A stretch of 32,000 nt of DNA from Nitrosospira multiformis ATCC 25196 (GCF_000196355.1 NC_007614.1:2460001-2492000), one strand, 5' to 3'; positions 1 through 8,956 are shown, counted from the stretch's first letter. Notes: generated from the letters alone by a model not told the origin. Translations and numbers: made by a program.

Positions 1-89
1 GTTGAATTTGCTTCGGGAGTCCCGCCCCCGCCACAACTAGCCAAAGCCCCACTCAGCGCAATAATAAATACAATATATTCAGGCTTCAT
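1..89 (-). CDS. N-terminus of a putative lipoprotein; the gene continues beyond the left edge of the window
   Basis: The reverse strand reads ATG (87-89) MKPEYIVFIIALSGALASCGGGGTPEANS. This is a hydrophobic signal peptide with a lipobox-like LASC, preceded by a purine-rich SD (agagggaga). It is not in the ORF track because it is truncated by the window edge. Confidence 0.45.
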   Translation of the reverse strand, partial: MKPEYIVFIIALSGALASCGGGGTPEANS

Positions 90-317
90 TAAATTCTCCC
101 TCTTTAAAAATCCTCAACGTGGGGCAGATTCAAGTTTGAGATGCAACACTGATGGTTGCCACGCGCAGCTCACCAAAACCCCGAAGAATACCTTATCAAG
201 AGCTCTGATCCCAGGACTTTGCGGGGTCGCCCTTGATGGTAGTGCCTCGCCTTACTGTCAGAGCAGTTCTCGCAACAGCTTTTGTAGATAACGCAGCCAC
301 AGAATCGAAGATTGGTT

Positions 318-1664
318 CTATCGCCAGTTTATACGGACCGGAATTCCACCTTTGGGTCGCAGGGTTATTGCCATCTCCATCTCGACTTCCTTTGAATCAA
401 GCAGCTGTAAATCACAGTGCTGAATTATCATGCATAGCAAAAGCTGGCTCTCCATCAATGCAAAATGACTGCCGATACAGATGCGTTCACCTGTCCCGAA
501 AGGTATGAACGAATATCTCCGGTTTTGGGATAGCAGAAATCGTTCGGGGTCAAACTGCTCCGGTTGGGGCCAAAAGTCGGCATGATGATGAAGATTGAAA
601 ATACTGAATATCGCAAGCTTGCCAGCTTTTAAAAAATAACCGTCAACCTCGGTGTCTTTACTAACTTTACGCAGCAAAAAGCTGGCAGGCGGACGGAGGC
701 GCATCGATTCACTGAGTACGGCCCTGGTATAAACAAGCTGCTGCAAATCTTCGGCATTCGGTATTTTTCCTTGTAACACCCGATCAAGTTCCTCACGCAG
801 CCGAGTGAGCACGCCTGGATGGCGAACGAGTAAATATAAAGTCCAGCTTAGTAAATTCGCAGTTGTTTCATGGCCCGCGCTAAAAATGGTAATAACTTCA
901 TCACGAACCTGCCTATCGGTCATCTTCTCACCGCTGTCGTCATCACGCACTTTTAACAGCATATCCAACAGGTCATTCTGATCCGAGGGTGCAGCGCGGC
1001 GTTGATCGATGATCCCGTAAATGACATCATCGATTATTCCCAATGCCTGCTTGAATTTTCGGTTGGCCGGAGTGGGTACATATACCGGAAGAGTCAAAGG
1101 ATTTGCGATGGTTCTAGCGGCATATCTCAATAAAATCTCCAAGGACGGCGCGATCCGTTCTATTTTGTCGAGGACACTGGTGCTGAACATGGTTTGGGTG
1201 ATGACCTCCAATGTGAGCCGCATCATTTCACCCGACAGGTTGATTTGCGCCCCTTCACCCATCTGCCGCCATCGACCCAGCATGTTATTACCTGCGGTAA
1301 CCATTTGCGGCAGCAACGTGGTTACATTACTTCTCTGAAAAACGGGCTGCATCAAGCGCCGTTGTCTTTGCCATAAATCGCCCTGACTTGTTACTAATCC
1401 CTGGCCTAAAATCAATGCCAGACCGGTTGGCTTCTCAGGATTGTAGATTTTTACAAAAACATCGCTTTGCCTGATCAAGGCTTGTTCAACCAGTTTTGGA
1501 TGGCTGAATAAATAAAATTGGCGAGCCGCCAGCCTGAAGCTGACCAAATCCCCATAATTCTGCTGCCAGTCATAAAAGGCTTGAAGGGGGCTCGCAATCA
1601 TCTGCCTTAAATTCCCCAGCAGAAACTCGCCCTTGACCTGGGGAACTGTCTTGTTATGCGCCAT
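318..1664 (-). CDS. cytochrome P450 monooxygenase
   Basis: 448-aa ORF. It has the heme-thiolate signature FGTGERICIGSHFALME (FxxGxRxCxG), the I-helix motif SAGHETTANLL and ExxR (ESMRLR). An SD GGAGA lies upstream of the ATG. Confidence 0.93.
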   Translation of the reverse strand: MAHNKTVPQVKGEFLLGNLRQMIASPLQAFYDWQQNYGDLVSFRLAARQFYLFSHPKLVEQALIRQSDVFVKIYNPEKPTGLALILGQGLVTSQGDLWQRQRRLMQPVFQRSNVTTLLPQMVTAGNNMLGRWRQMGEGAQINLSGEMMRLTLEVITQTMFSTSVLDKIERIAPSLEILLRYAARTIANPLTLPVYVPTPANRKFKQALGIIDDVIYGIIDQRRAAPSDQNDLLDMLLKVRDDDSGEKMTDRQVRDEVITIFSAGHETTANLLSWTLYLLVRHPGVLTRLREELDRVLQGKIPNAEDLQQLVYTRAVLSESMRLRPPASFLLRKVSKDTEVDGYFLKAGKLAIFSIFNLHHHADFWPQPEQFDPERFLLSQNRRYSFIPFGTGERICIGSHFALMESQLLLCMIIQHCDLQLLDSKEVEMEMAITLRPKGGIPVRINWR

Positions 1665-2013
1665 CGTCTCCGCAGTTGGAAAGTTAATGAGGGGTTCGCC
1701 CGCCTCGATTCAGCCATGCATACCTCAATGCAATAAGCCAAACAAAACAGACCGCCTCCATTCAAGCAACAACAACCGATAGGCCGCATCCTAAATTGCT
1801 TTGTCCCTGATTACCATCCTGACTGCTGCATGGATGTTCTTTTCAATCTCTCTTGAATGCCAGGTTGCTCCTGGATGATACCAGGTCAACGCGAGCTCCT
1901 TCTCTGCGTTAAATGAGGCGGCAGCCTGCAAGCTCTATGGACGCTGCCGCTCGTGAAAGAATCAAAAGGACCAAGAGGCTGATACGACTCAACATAATAC
2001 GAAAGGAAATTTG

Positions 2014-2397
2014 ATGGCCGCAAAATTCGAAATCTACAAGGATAAGGCAGGGGAGTTTCGGTTCAGATTGAAAGCCACCAATGGACAAACCATTCTTGCC
2101 AGTGAAGGCTACAAGGCCAGGGCGGGATGCATGAATGGAGTGGAGTCTGTCCGAAAAAATGCGCCTGATGACGCCCGATATGAACGGAAAACCACTGAAA
2201 GCGGCAAATACAGGTTCAATCTCAAATCGGGCAATAATCAGGTGATTGGCACCAGCGAATCCTACGAGACGGAAAAAGCCCGGGATGGCGGAATAGAATC
2301 AGTCAAGAAAAACGCCCCCACCGCCGTCATTGCCGATATGACAGAGCCCACCGAGAAAATCGCACCCGGCACTCCCCCAGCCGGGGCAGCAGTCTGA
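2014..2397 (+). CDS. YegP/UPF0339 (DUF1508) family protein with a tandem domain
   Basis: Two internal ~50-aa repeats: FEIYKDKAGEFRFRLKATNGQTILASEGYKARAGCMNGVESVRKNA and GKYRFNLKSGNNQVIGTSESYETEKARDGGIESVKKNA. ATG at 2014 follows SD aaggaa; the track start at 2011 is a TTG. Confidence 0.85.
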   Translation: MAAKFEIYKDKAGEFRFRLKATNGQTILASEGYKARAGCMNGVESVRKNAPDDARYERKTTESGKYRFNLKSGNNQVIGTSESYETEKARDGGIESVKKNAPTAVIADMTEPTEKIAPGTPPAGAAV

Positions 2398-2415
2398 ATT
2401 CGGGGTTTTCAGCTT

Positions 2416-2439
2416 GAAGGGCTTCTGTTGAAGCCCTTC
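2416..2439 (+). terminator. hairpin downstream of the yegP-like gene; a weak intrinsic terminator candidate
   Basis: Perfect 10-bp stem GAAGGGCTTC / GAAGCCCTTC with a 4-nt loop, 19 nt after the stop codon. The 3' tail is not U-rich, so the call is weak. Confidence 0.35.
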
Positions 2440-3156
2440 CCTTCAATCACAGGTAATCGGCGGGGCAGATCCGGTATTCCAATGGCTGCCCATCGACTGT
2501 TACAAAATCGGAGGAAAATTGGGTGGATTTCTATCCAGTATCCTTTTTCCTGCTCAGGGATTGAAACTCAGAGGAGTTTGGATTTGGCGGAGGCTTGACT
2601 CCCCGCTCGGCGCAGCAGTTCGGGGACAGTATAAGCGATAGATGCATGCGGACAGGCATACTCAACTGGCATCACCAGGAATATGCCCCGTGAGGTACGT
2701 GTAATTCTTCTCGAATATCTACTCGGTAGACTGATCCGGAGCTTCCTCCCATATCTGCATGATTCCGTAAAGCACGGTCATCAACGGAGCTCCAAAAAGA
2801 GCCGGCTTCAAAAATTCAATCAACTCAATCATTTTTTCCTCAAAGAAGGTATTCAGTTATTCCGTCCTGGAAACGACAAAACTCGCTTTGTAGCGAAGCA
2901 ACCTAGCCATATAACGTAACGGATCGATTCCGCTGCCCCCTCAGCTTTGTGATCTTTTTGTTATTTTTTTGTGAAGAATATGTTAGCGGATAACTGTTGT
3001 CAAGTTATGAAAAATGTTTTAGATAAATTCCTCAAGGGAGGGAAGAGGATGGGTTCGTCTAAACTGCTTTCTACCGGCAGAGATTGAAATTCGCGGCTTG
3101 GAGCGGGTGGTAGCAGTTCGAACGGATCGGTCGGCAATTGGATATTCTGAAATTAA

Positions 3157-3181
3157 AAGACCACCTCAAGGGTGGTCTTTT
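3157..3181. terminator. bidirectional-looking hairpin terminator
   Basis: aagaccacc-tcaag-ggtggtctt stem-loop, flanked by an A-run on one side and a T-run on the other (attaaaagaccacc...ggtggtcttttaac). It sits in a gene-poor stretch downstream of the minus-strand 114-aa gene. Confidence 0.45.
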
Positions 3182-3399
3182 AACGGGTGGGGGTGGAGGT
3201 GATGGGAAAGCTACAACTGCCCCCATTCAATGTTGTTTCCTTCTGATTTTCAGAGTTTAAATCCGATCAGTTCGGGTTTCGGAATTCACTTGGGGTTCCA
3301 GGTTGGGCAGTATAAGATGATGAGGAGCGGGCTCAAGCAAACTCATTCAGTCTGTTCGATTTCTGCGTTGAAACTCCGGTGCGAATTCCTGCAATGTCT

Positions 3400-3861
3400 A
3401 CGTTTTATAACTGCCAGCCAAACTTTAAGACATCTATGAATTCCTTAGCTTATGAATAAACTTCTGAACGGCCTTGTTTTGCTGTTCCTTTGTCCCCTGA
3501 TCATTTCTAATGGATTCGAGGCACCAGAAGACTTTGTATTCAAATAACCCGGCCTTTTCGGAGTGCAAAGGAACAAACTTCTCTCCCAGGATTTCTCTTC
3601 CGTTATTAATAGTGACCTGGGGCCTCTTCCTCTCCCAACTAGCCAGCTGGCACCCGAATTCTTGAGTCTCAACGTATCTGACATCACCTATCTCATAAAC
3701 TCGTGTTACGGTTTCCTGCGGTTTGTCTTCTTGCGGTTGCGCTGGAACAACTTCATGTTTCTGTTCTTTATCAGCCATATATCTCTTTCCTCTCCCTTAG
3801 ATAAAAATAAACTTTGTTCAAACGGCTTGTTACGTCCTGCGGTATCGCCCTTCTCCATGCA
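3400..3861. repeat. direct repeat copy 1 (~460 bp): the orphan gene plus its conserved 5' and 3' flanks
   Basis: Aligns with 6480-6937 in the same orientation. Shared non-coding flanks include acg(t/c)tttataactgccagccaaactttaagacat and actttgttcaaa..ttacgtcctgcg(g/a)tatcgccc..tccatgca. Confidence 0.8.
3434..3778 (-). CDS. hypothetical protein, paralog A of a duplicated orphan family
   Basis: 114-aa ORF with SD (ggagagg) before the ATG. Its core RVYEIGDVRYVETQEFGCQLASWERKRPQVTINNGREILGEKFVPLHSEKAGLFEYKVFWCLESI is ~80% identical to the ORF at 6525-6857. I recognise no family. Confidence 0.6.
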   Translation of the reverse strand: MADKEQKHEVVPAQPQEDKPQETVTRVYEIGDVRYVETQEFGCQLASWERKRPQVTINNGREILGEKFVPLHSEKAGLFEYKVFWCLESIRNDQGTKEQQNKAVQKFIHKLRNS

Positions 3862-4132
3862 AGAGTATAAGAGAGTAACTTTTCAGGAGGGCAAAAATTT
3901 TCTGGTCCTGGGCATCAAGGAAGTGATTTTCTTTTTTCTTCCAAGGCTACCAGCCCTGAATAAATTCGATCCGTAGCCCCGCAATCGAAATGCGGATCGA
4001 ATCACCTTCCGGTTATTTTGCTTATCCTGTTTCACCGATTGCGCCTTTAACCATTTCCATGTAATTTCATTTCCATGAAAAAAAGCTTTTATTTTTCCTG
4101 AGCGCTTCTCACTTAGAAAGGACAATGCTGCC

Positions 4133-5632
4133 ATGTATCCAGCCCTCCAGTCTTTGAAGGCCCGGTTTGCAGAAATCGATGACCTCAGGCGGGCCGTTTC
4201 CGTGCTCCATTGGGATATGTCCACTTACATGCCTCAGGACGGAACAGCCTCCCGGGGCCGCATGATAGCCACCGTCGAAAAGGCGGCTCACGAAAAACTC
4301 ATCGACCCCGCTCTGGCCGGGCTTCTGGAGGAAACAGGGGCATTGCCCGATGCAATGCTGTCTGCAGACGAGCGAGCGTTCCTGCGCCTGGCCCGCCGGC
4401 AGTTTGTCCGCGCGTCAAAAATCCCTTCCGGTTTCAAGGCCGAATTTTTCCAGCACATGGCCGAGACCTACGAAGTTTGGGTTCAGGCACGAAAATTGAA
4501 CGATTTCAAGGTCGTGGCGCCCTTTCTGGAAAAAACCGTCGCATACTCACGAGCCCTGTCGGATTTCTTCAATGCCGGGGAAACCGCGTGGACGCACCCG
4601 ATGGATCCGCACATCGAAGACGCTGACCCTGGCATGACCACGACAGATCTCAAGACGCTTTTTGCCGACCTTCGACGTGATCTCGTACCATTGGTCCGGG
4701 AGCTGTCGTCTCGAAGCAAGCCACGAACCGATTTTTTGTCACGGGCCTGCCCCAAGTCCCGCCAAGTGGAGTTTTTGAACTGGCTTGCCAGGAATATCGG
4801 TTATGACTTCAATCGGGGGCGGCAGGACCTCACTCACCACCCGTTCATGACAAAGCTGGGCGCGGGGGATGTTCGCATCACCACCCGAATCAATGAGACG
4901 AACCTCTGTGATGGTATTTTCAGCACCATTCATGAGTGCGGGCATGCCTTTTACGAACTGGGGCTTTCCCCAAGCCAGGATGGAACTATCCTGGGTCACG
5001 GCACTTCCGCCGGAATTCACGAAAGCCAAAGCCGGCTGTGGGAAAACCAGGTTGGCCGCTCCCGGGAATTCTGGACATATTTTTATCCCCACCTGCAGGC
5101 CCACTTTTCAGAGGCTCTTGGGGATGTTTCGCTGGAAGAATTCTATTGCGGCATCAATCGCGTGGAACCATCGTTGATTCGAACCGAGGCCGATGAAGTG
5201 ACCTACAACCTCCATGTCATGATCCGCTTCGACATCGAATCGCAGCTTCTGGATGGCTCACTCCAAGTGAAGGATCTGCCAGGGGCTTGGAACGACCGGT
5301 ATGAAGCTGACCTTGGCGTACGTCCGTCGTCCGATGCTCAAGGCTGCCTTCAGGATGTGCATTGGTATTACGGAGGCGTCGGCGGAATGTTCCAAGGCTA
5401 TACGATTGGAAATCTCTTTAGCGCCCAGTGCTTCGAGGCCGCTCTTGAGGCCCATCCGGAAATTCCGGAGGCGATGATACAGGGAAATTTCAGCACCCTT
5501 CATTCGTGGCTGAAGGAAAACATTTATCAGTACGGCTCGGGTCTTTTTCCCCAAGAACTGATCCACCGCGTGACCGGTCACGACTTATCGTCGAAACCCT
5601 TCGTTGCGTACCTGAAGCGGAAATACCTGTAG
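4133..5632 (+). CDS. M32 family metallocarboxypeptidase (carboxypeptidase Taq-like)
   Basis: 499 aa. It has the HExxH zinc motif in TIHECGHAFYELG and the family-typical IHESQSRLWEN. SD aaagga lies before the ATG. Confidence 0.92.
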   Translation: MYPALQSLKARFAEIDDLRRAVSVLHWDMSTYMPQDGTASRGRMIATVEKAAHEKLIDPALAGLLEETGALPDAMLSADERAFLRLARRQFVRASKIPSGFKAEFFQHMAETYEVWVQARKLNDFKVVAPFLEKTVAYSRALSDFFNAGETAWTHPMDPHIEDADPGMTTTDLKTLFADLRRDLVPLVRELSSRSKPRTDFLSRACPKSRQVEFLNWLARNIGYDFNRGRQDLTHHPFMTKLGAGDVRITTRINETNLCDGIFSTIHECGHAFYELGLSPSQDGTILGHGTSAGIHESQSRLWENQVGRSREFWTYFYPHLQAHFSEALGDVSLEEFYCGINRVEPSLIRTEADEVTYNLHVMIRFDIESQLLDGSLQVKDLPGAWNDRYEADLGVRPSSDAQGCLQDVHWYYGGVGGMFQGYTIGNLFSAQCFEAALEAHPEIPEAMIQGNFSTLHSWLKENIYQYGSGLFPQELIHRVTGHDLSSKPFVAYLKRKYL

Positions 5633-5766
5633 ACACTTCCGCCCGACACGAACGCCTGGCCACCGGGCCGCTATGACTTGAACAGGCGGCGGGCATGGTT
5701 GATGAAGCAATCGCCCTGCCCGCGCAGCTTGAATGTACGTATCTGTTCCAACTCAGGAGAATCAAG

Positions 5767-6303
5767 ATGGTCAGCAAAAACACGATTTGCCTCTGGTACG
5801 ACGGCACCGCCCTGGATGCTGCGAAGTTCTACGCCGAGACGTTCCCGGACAGCGCGGTGGAGGCAGTCCACCGCGCGCCTGGCGACTTTCCTGCGGGCAA
5901 GCAGGGCGATGTCTTGACGGTGGAGTTCACGGTAATGGGTATCCCTTGTCTCGGCCTGAACGGGGGCTCAGCGTTCAAGCACAACGAAGCATTCTCGTTC
6001 CAGGTCGCGACCGACGATCAGGCCGAAACAGACCGTTTGTGGAACGCGATTGTCGGAAACGGGGGCCAGGAAAGCGTATGCGGCTGGTGCAAGGACAAGT
6101 GGGGAGTGTCATGGCAGATCACGCCACGTGCCCTGACGGCTGCGATCACAGATCCTGATCGAGCAGCGGCCAGGCGCGCATTCGAAGCCATGATGGGAAT
6201 GGGAAAGATCGACATAGCTGCCATCGAAGCAGCTCGACGGACTGACGCTCCCGATACCCAACCCATGTCGCCGCCCCTGCAAGATCAATGGTCATCAAAA
6301 TAA
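5767..6303 (+). CDS. PhnB/YjdN-like VOC-superfamily protein (3-demethylubiquinone-9 3-methyltransferase-like domain)
   Basis: MVSKNTICLWYDGTALDAAKFYAETFPDSAV...VLTVEFTVMGIPCLGLNGG..FKHNEAFSFQV...DRLWNAIVGNGGQESVCGWCKDKWGVSWQITP. ATG at 5767 follows SD aggag. The track start at 5695 looks like an upstream extension. Confidence 0.8.
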   Translation: MVSKNTICLWYDGTALDAAKFYAETFPDSAVEAVHRAPGDFPAGKQGDVLTVEFTVMGIPCLGLNGGSAFKHNEAFSFQVATDDQAETDRLWNAIVGNGGQESVCGWCKDKWGVSWQITPRALTAAITDPDRAAARRAFEAMMGMGKIDIAAIEAARRTDAPDTQPMSPPLQDQWSSK

Positions 6304-6479
6304 AAGCGCAGAGCAACAAACCCCACAGCAGATACAAATAAGCCGGCCAAGCTGAATTTCATCGATTTCGCAGGGCGGCGAGCAGATATCCGAAGATAAT
6401 GAGAAGATGTTATCGGAATGAGATCAGCGCCCAGTTTATTCGATTCTGTTTCTGGAATCGAACCGGATTCCTAAAATTC

Positions 6480-6937
6480 ACGCTTTATAACTGCCAGCCA
6501 AACTTTAAGACATTCGTGAATTCCTTAGCTTAGGAATAAATTTCTGAATAGTTGTGTTTTGCTGATCCTTCGCCCCTGATCATCTTTAACGGATTGGAGG
6601 CACCAGAAGACCTTGTATTCAAATAACCCCGACCTTTGGGAGTGCAAAGGAACAAACTTCTCCCCAAGGATTTGCCTTCCGTTATCAATAGTGACTTGGG
6701 GCCTCTTCTTCTCCCGACTAACCAGCTGGCAACCGAATTCTTGAGTCTCCACGTATCTGACGCCGCCTATTTCATAAACCCGCCTCATGGTTTCTCGCGG
6801 TTTGGTTTCTCGTGGTTGTACTGGAACAAGTTCGTGTCTTTGCTTGTTATCCGCCATATTTCCTCCCTCTCCCATAGATAAAATGCACTTTGTTCAAATG
6901 ACTATTACGTCCTGCGATATCGCCCTGTCCATGCAGA
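6480..6937. repeat. direct repeat copy 2 (~460 bp), partner of 3400-3861
   Basis: Same orientation as copy 1, with roughly 80-85% identity by eye across both the coding and flanking sequence. Confidence 0.8.
6525..6857 (-). CDS. hypothetical protein, paralog B of the duplicated orphan family; C-terminus is frameshifted relative to paralog A
   Basis: MADNKQRHELVPVQPRETKPRETMRRVYEIGGVRYVETQEFGCQLVSREKKRPQVTIDNGRQILGEKFVPLHSQRSGLFEYKVFWCLQSV. ATG at 6857 aligns with the paralog A start. A 1-nt indel near codon ~98 changes the C-terminal reading frame relative to paralog A. Confidence 0.55.
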   Translation of the reverse strand: MADNKQRHELVPVQPRETKPRETMRRVYEIGGVRYVETQEFGCQLVSREKKRPQVTIDNGRQILGEKFVPLHSQRSGLFEYKVFWCLQSVKDDQGRRISKTQLFRNLFLS

Positions 6938-7096
6938 TACCTAATGGGCCGATGGCATAAGGATAAAGCTTCGCCGCACTAAATTAAATAATGATTTATT
7001 CGGCAAAACTTTAACGCTTTTAGAAACCCTGATGTGCTCCGTTAAAACGGGCCATTTGGGATCCAGTAAAGTTCGTTCTTCGAGAAGAGAGCGGAC

Positions 7097-7461
7097 GTGA
7101 AGAAGCGTTTTACGAATGAGCGAATTATTGGAGGCAGATGGAGGCATTCCGGTCCGGGAATTGTGACGTCAACACGGTTTTTCGAATGCCTCTTCTACAC
7201 CGACCGCGGCAGATTTGCCGGGATGCCGGTATCTGACGCAAAACGGTTGCAAGATCTTGAAGCAGAGAACGCCCAGCTCAAGAAGCTTTTAGCCGAGTCG
7301 CTTCTGGATGCTGAAGCCTTGAAGGTTGCCTTGGGTAGAAAGCATTAACTTCCACCAGCCAAGCGAGAGGCGGTGATGGGGATGTTGAGGGAATGTTGAG
7401 GAGATGTTGGAGCAGCCAGAGATTTCCGAGTGTTGCGCCTGCCTGCTTGGGGAGATATCCC
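7097..7461 (+). pseudogene. remnant of an IS3-family (IS407-group-like) transposase orfA and the start of its orfB; decayed and interrupted by a later IS insertion
   Basis: (V)KKRFTNERIIG ... RFAGMPVSDAKRLQDLEAENAQLKKLLAESLLDAEALKVALGRK matches the IS407-group OrfA pattern, with frame damage in the HTH part. It continues as PAKREAV and ISECCACLLGEIS up to the insertion point at 7461. Confidence 0.7.
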
Positions 7462-7517
7462 TGTAGTAGCCCCCAATTGAACCGGACACAGATGCACTGA
7501 TGATAGGAGATAGGCAT

Positions 7518-7925
7518 ATGCCTGGTGCTATGCATAGTGCTTCAGGTTTGGATCGTATTGAAATCGTCACCGGGATCGAGCGCCGCAGGCGCTGGAGCCT
7601 GGGTGAGAAATTAAAAGCTGTTGAGGAATCCCGCTTGCCGGGCATGAGTGTCTCGTATGTGGCGCGAAAATATGGTATTGCTCCGAGCTTGTTATTTCGC
7701 TGGAGGAAGCTCATGACTGAAGGAGGCAAGGAAGCTGTTCGTAGCGATGATGCGGTAGTGTCTGCGGCCGAGGTGAAAGAGTTGAAGAAGCGGATCCGGG
7801 AGTTGGAGCGGGTTCTGGGCAAGAAAACCCTGGAGAACGAGATTCTCACGGAAGCGGTGAAGCTTGCGCATGAAAAAAAACTGATCTCGCGCATGCCCTT
7901 GCTGCCACCGGACGATTTGCCATGA
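7518..7925 (+). CDS. IS3-family transposase OrfA (HTH, InsC-like)
   Basis: ERRRRWSLGEKLKAVEESRLPGMSVSYVARKYGIAPSLLFRWRKL...ELERVLGKKTLENEILTEAV resembles IS2 InsC. SD aggaga lies before the ATG at 7518; the track start is 7500. Confidence 0.85.
   Translation: MPGAMHSASGLDRIEIVTGIERRRRWSLGEKLKAVEESRLPGMSVSYVARKYGIAPSLLFRWRKLMTEGGKEAVRSDDAVVSAAEVKELKKRIRELERVLGKKTLENEILTEAVKLAHEKKLISRMPLLPPDDLP
7873..7880 (+). promoter_or_regulatory. candidate programmed -1 ribosomal frameshift site (A8 run) producing an OrfAB fusion transposase
   Basis: A run of 8 A lies near the end of orfA. A -1 shift here enters the orfB frame, which is open from 7880 to the orfB ATG at 7922 (TDLAHALAATGRFAMKA). This arrangement is typical of the IS3 family. 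Confidence 0.6.
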
Positions 7926-8770
7926 AGGCCATTGCAGACACCATGGGTGTGGCGCGCTCCCGTCTTGTGGAACGGATGAAGCCGCAGGAAAAGTCTTTTC
8001 GTTGCCGCTACAACAAGGCTGATGATGCCTGGCTGTTGCCCTTGATCCGCGAAATTGTGGATTGCCGCGCGACCTACGGATACAGAAGGATTTGCGCTCT
8101 CCTTAACCGCAAACTGGAGAGAATGGGCAAGCCTGCTGTCAATCACAAGCGGGTCTATCGCATCATGCGCCAGAATGGCCTGCTGCTGGCCCGATATACG
8201 GGCAAACAGCGCGTGCTGTCTCATGAAGGCAAGGTCATTACCTTGCGTTCCAATTTGCGCTGGTGTTCGGATGGTTTTGAGATTCCCTGCTGGAATGGGC
8301 AAGTAGTGCGTGTTGCCTTCGCCCTGGATTGCTGTGATCGTGAAGTCATCAGCCATGTTGCCACCACTGGCGGCATTACTGGGGAAATGGTGCGCGATCT
8401 GATGACTGAATCCGTTGAGCGGCGCTTCGGCACCGTTGACCTGCTCCCACACAGGGTGGAGTGGCTCAGCGACAATGGCAGCTGTTACACCGCCAGCGAG
8501 ACAACTGCTTTTGCAAAGGATATGGGCTTCATCAGCTGTTTTACTCCCGTCAGAAGTCCCGAATCCAACGGTATGGCCGAGGCCTTCGTCAAAACCTTCA
8601 AGCGGGATTACGTCTATGTCCATGATCGTCCCGACGCAAAAACCGTAATGGCGCAGCTTGACCAATGGTTCGAGGATTACAATGAATTCCATCCTCACAA
8701 GGGGCTGAAGATGAAGTCGCCAAGACAATTCATCCGCAGCCAGTTACTAACCGCATCCTGTCCGGTTTAA
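7922..8770 (+). CDS. IS3-family transposase OrfB (DDE integrase-like catalytic domain, InsD-like)
   Basis: 282 aa. Candidate DDE residues sit in WCSDGFEI, WLSDNGSCY and SPESNGMAEAFVKTFKRDY. Its ATG overlaps the orfA stop (ATGA). Confidence 0.9.
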   Translation: MKAIADTMGVARSRLVERMKPQEKSFRCRYNKADDAWLLPLIREIVDCRATYGYRRICALLNRKLERMGKPAVNHKRVYRIMRQNGLLLARYTGKQRVLSHEGKVITLRSNLRWCSDGFEIPCWNGQVVRVAFALDCCDREVISHVATTGGITGEMVRDLMTESVERRFGTVDLLPHRVEWLSDNGSCYTASETTAFAKDMGFISCFTPVRSPESNGMAEAFVKTFKRDYVYVHDRPDAKTVMAQLDQWFEDYNEFHPHKGLKMKSPRQFIRSQLLTASCPV

Positions 8771-8784
8771 TAGGGGCAACTCCA

Positions 8785-8956
8785 ATCCCGTACGGTATTG
8801 CACTACACACCCAAGGTGCGGCTGGAGAATGAGCAATTGCAAGGCCGAATGGCTGAGTTGGTCTCTGAACGCGCCGTTTCGGTTATCCCGGCAGAATTCG
8901 CCGCCGACTGCCGTCTGCATAAAGAAAGAAGCAGCTATGAAAGAGGCAGAAACTGA
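8785..8956 (+). pseudogene. continuation of the interrupted IS407-group-like orfB remnant, truncated
   Basis: Joining 7461 to 8790 (one copy of the duplicated ATCCC removed) restores ISECCACLLGEISRTVLHYTPKVRLENEQLQGRMAELVSER, then RRFGY in another frame. This matches the N-terminal pattern of IS407-group OrfB. No DDE domain follows. Confidence 0.55.

Larger units (their letters stand above)
7462..8784 (+). mobile_element. intact IS3-family insertion sequence, IS2 group (~1.32 kb)
   Basis: Imperfect terminal inverted repeats: TGTAGTAGCCCCCAATTGAACCGGACAC (7462-) and the reverse complement of the right end, TGGAGTTGCCCCTATTAAACCGGACAGG (-8784). The ends are TG...CA. The 5-bp direct target duplication ATCCC occurs at 7457-7461 and 8785-8789. 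It has two overlapping transposase ORFs. Confidence 0.9.

Noticed and set aside
2683-2919. 78-aa plus-strand ORF
   Set aside because: It has no RBS and poor composition. The opposite strand has a better, though still weak, 37-aa candidate.
3883-4224. 113-aa minus-strand ORF upstream of, and overlapping, the carboxypeptidase start
   Set aside because: It overlaps the well-supported M32 gene start and the repeat flank. It has basic low-complexity composition and no RBS.
7289-8728. 479-aa minus-strand ORF spanning the IS element
   Set aside because: It is antisense to two well-supported transposase ORFs (HTH OrfA, DDE OrfB). Its composition is low-complexity Ser/Ala/Gly/Arg-rich and it has no recognisable motif. 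It is a typical shadow ORF.
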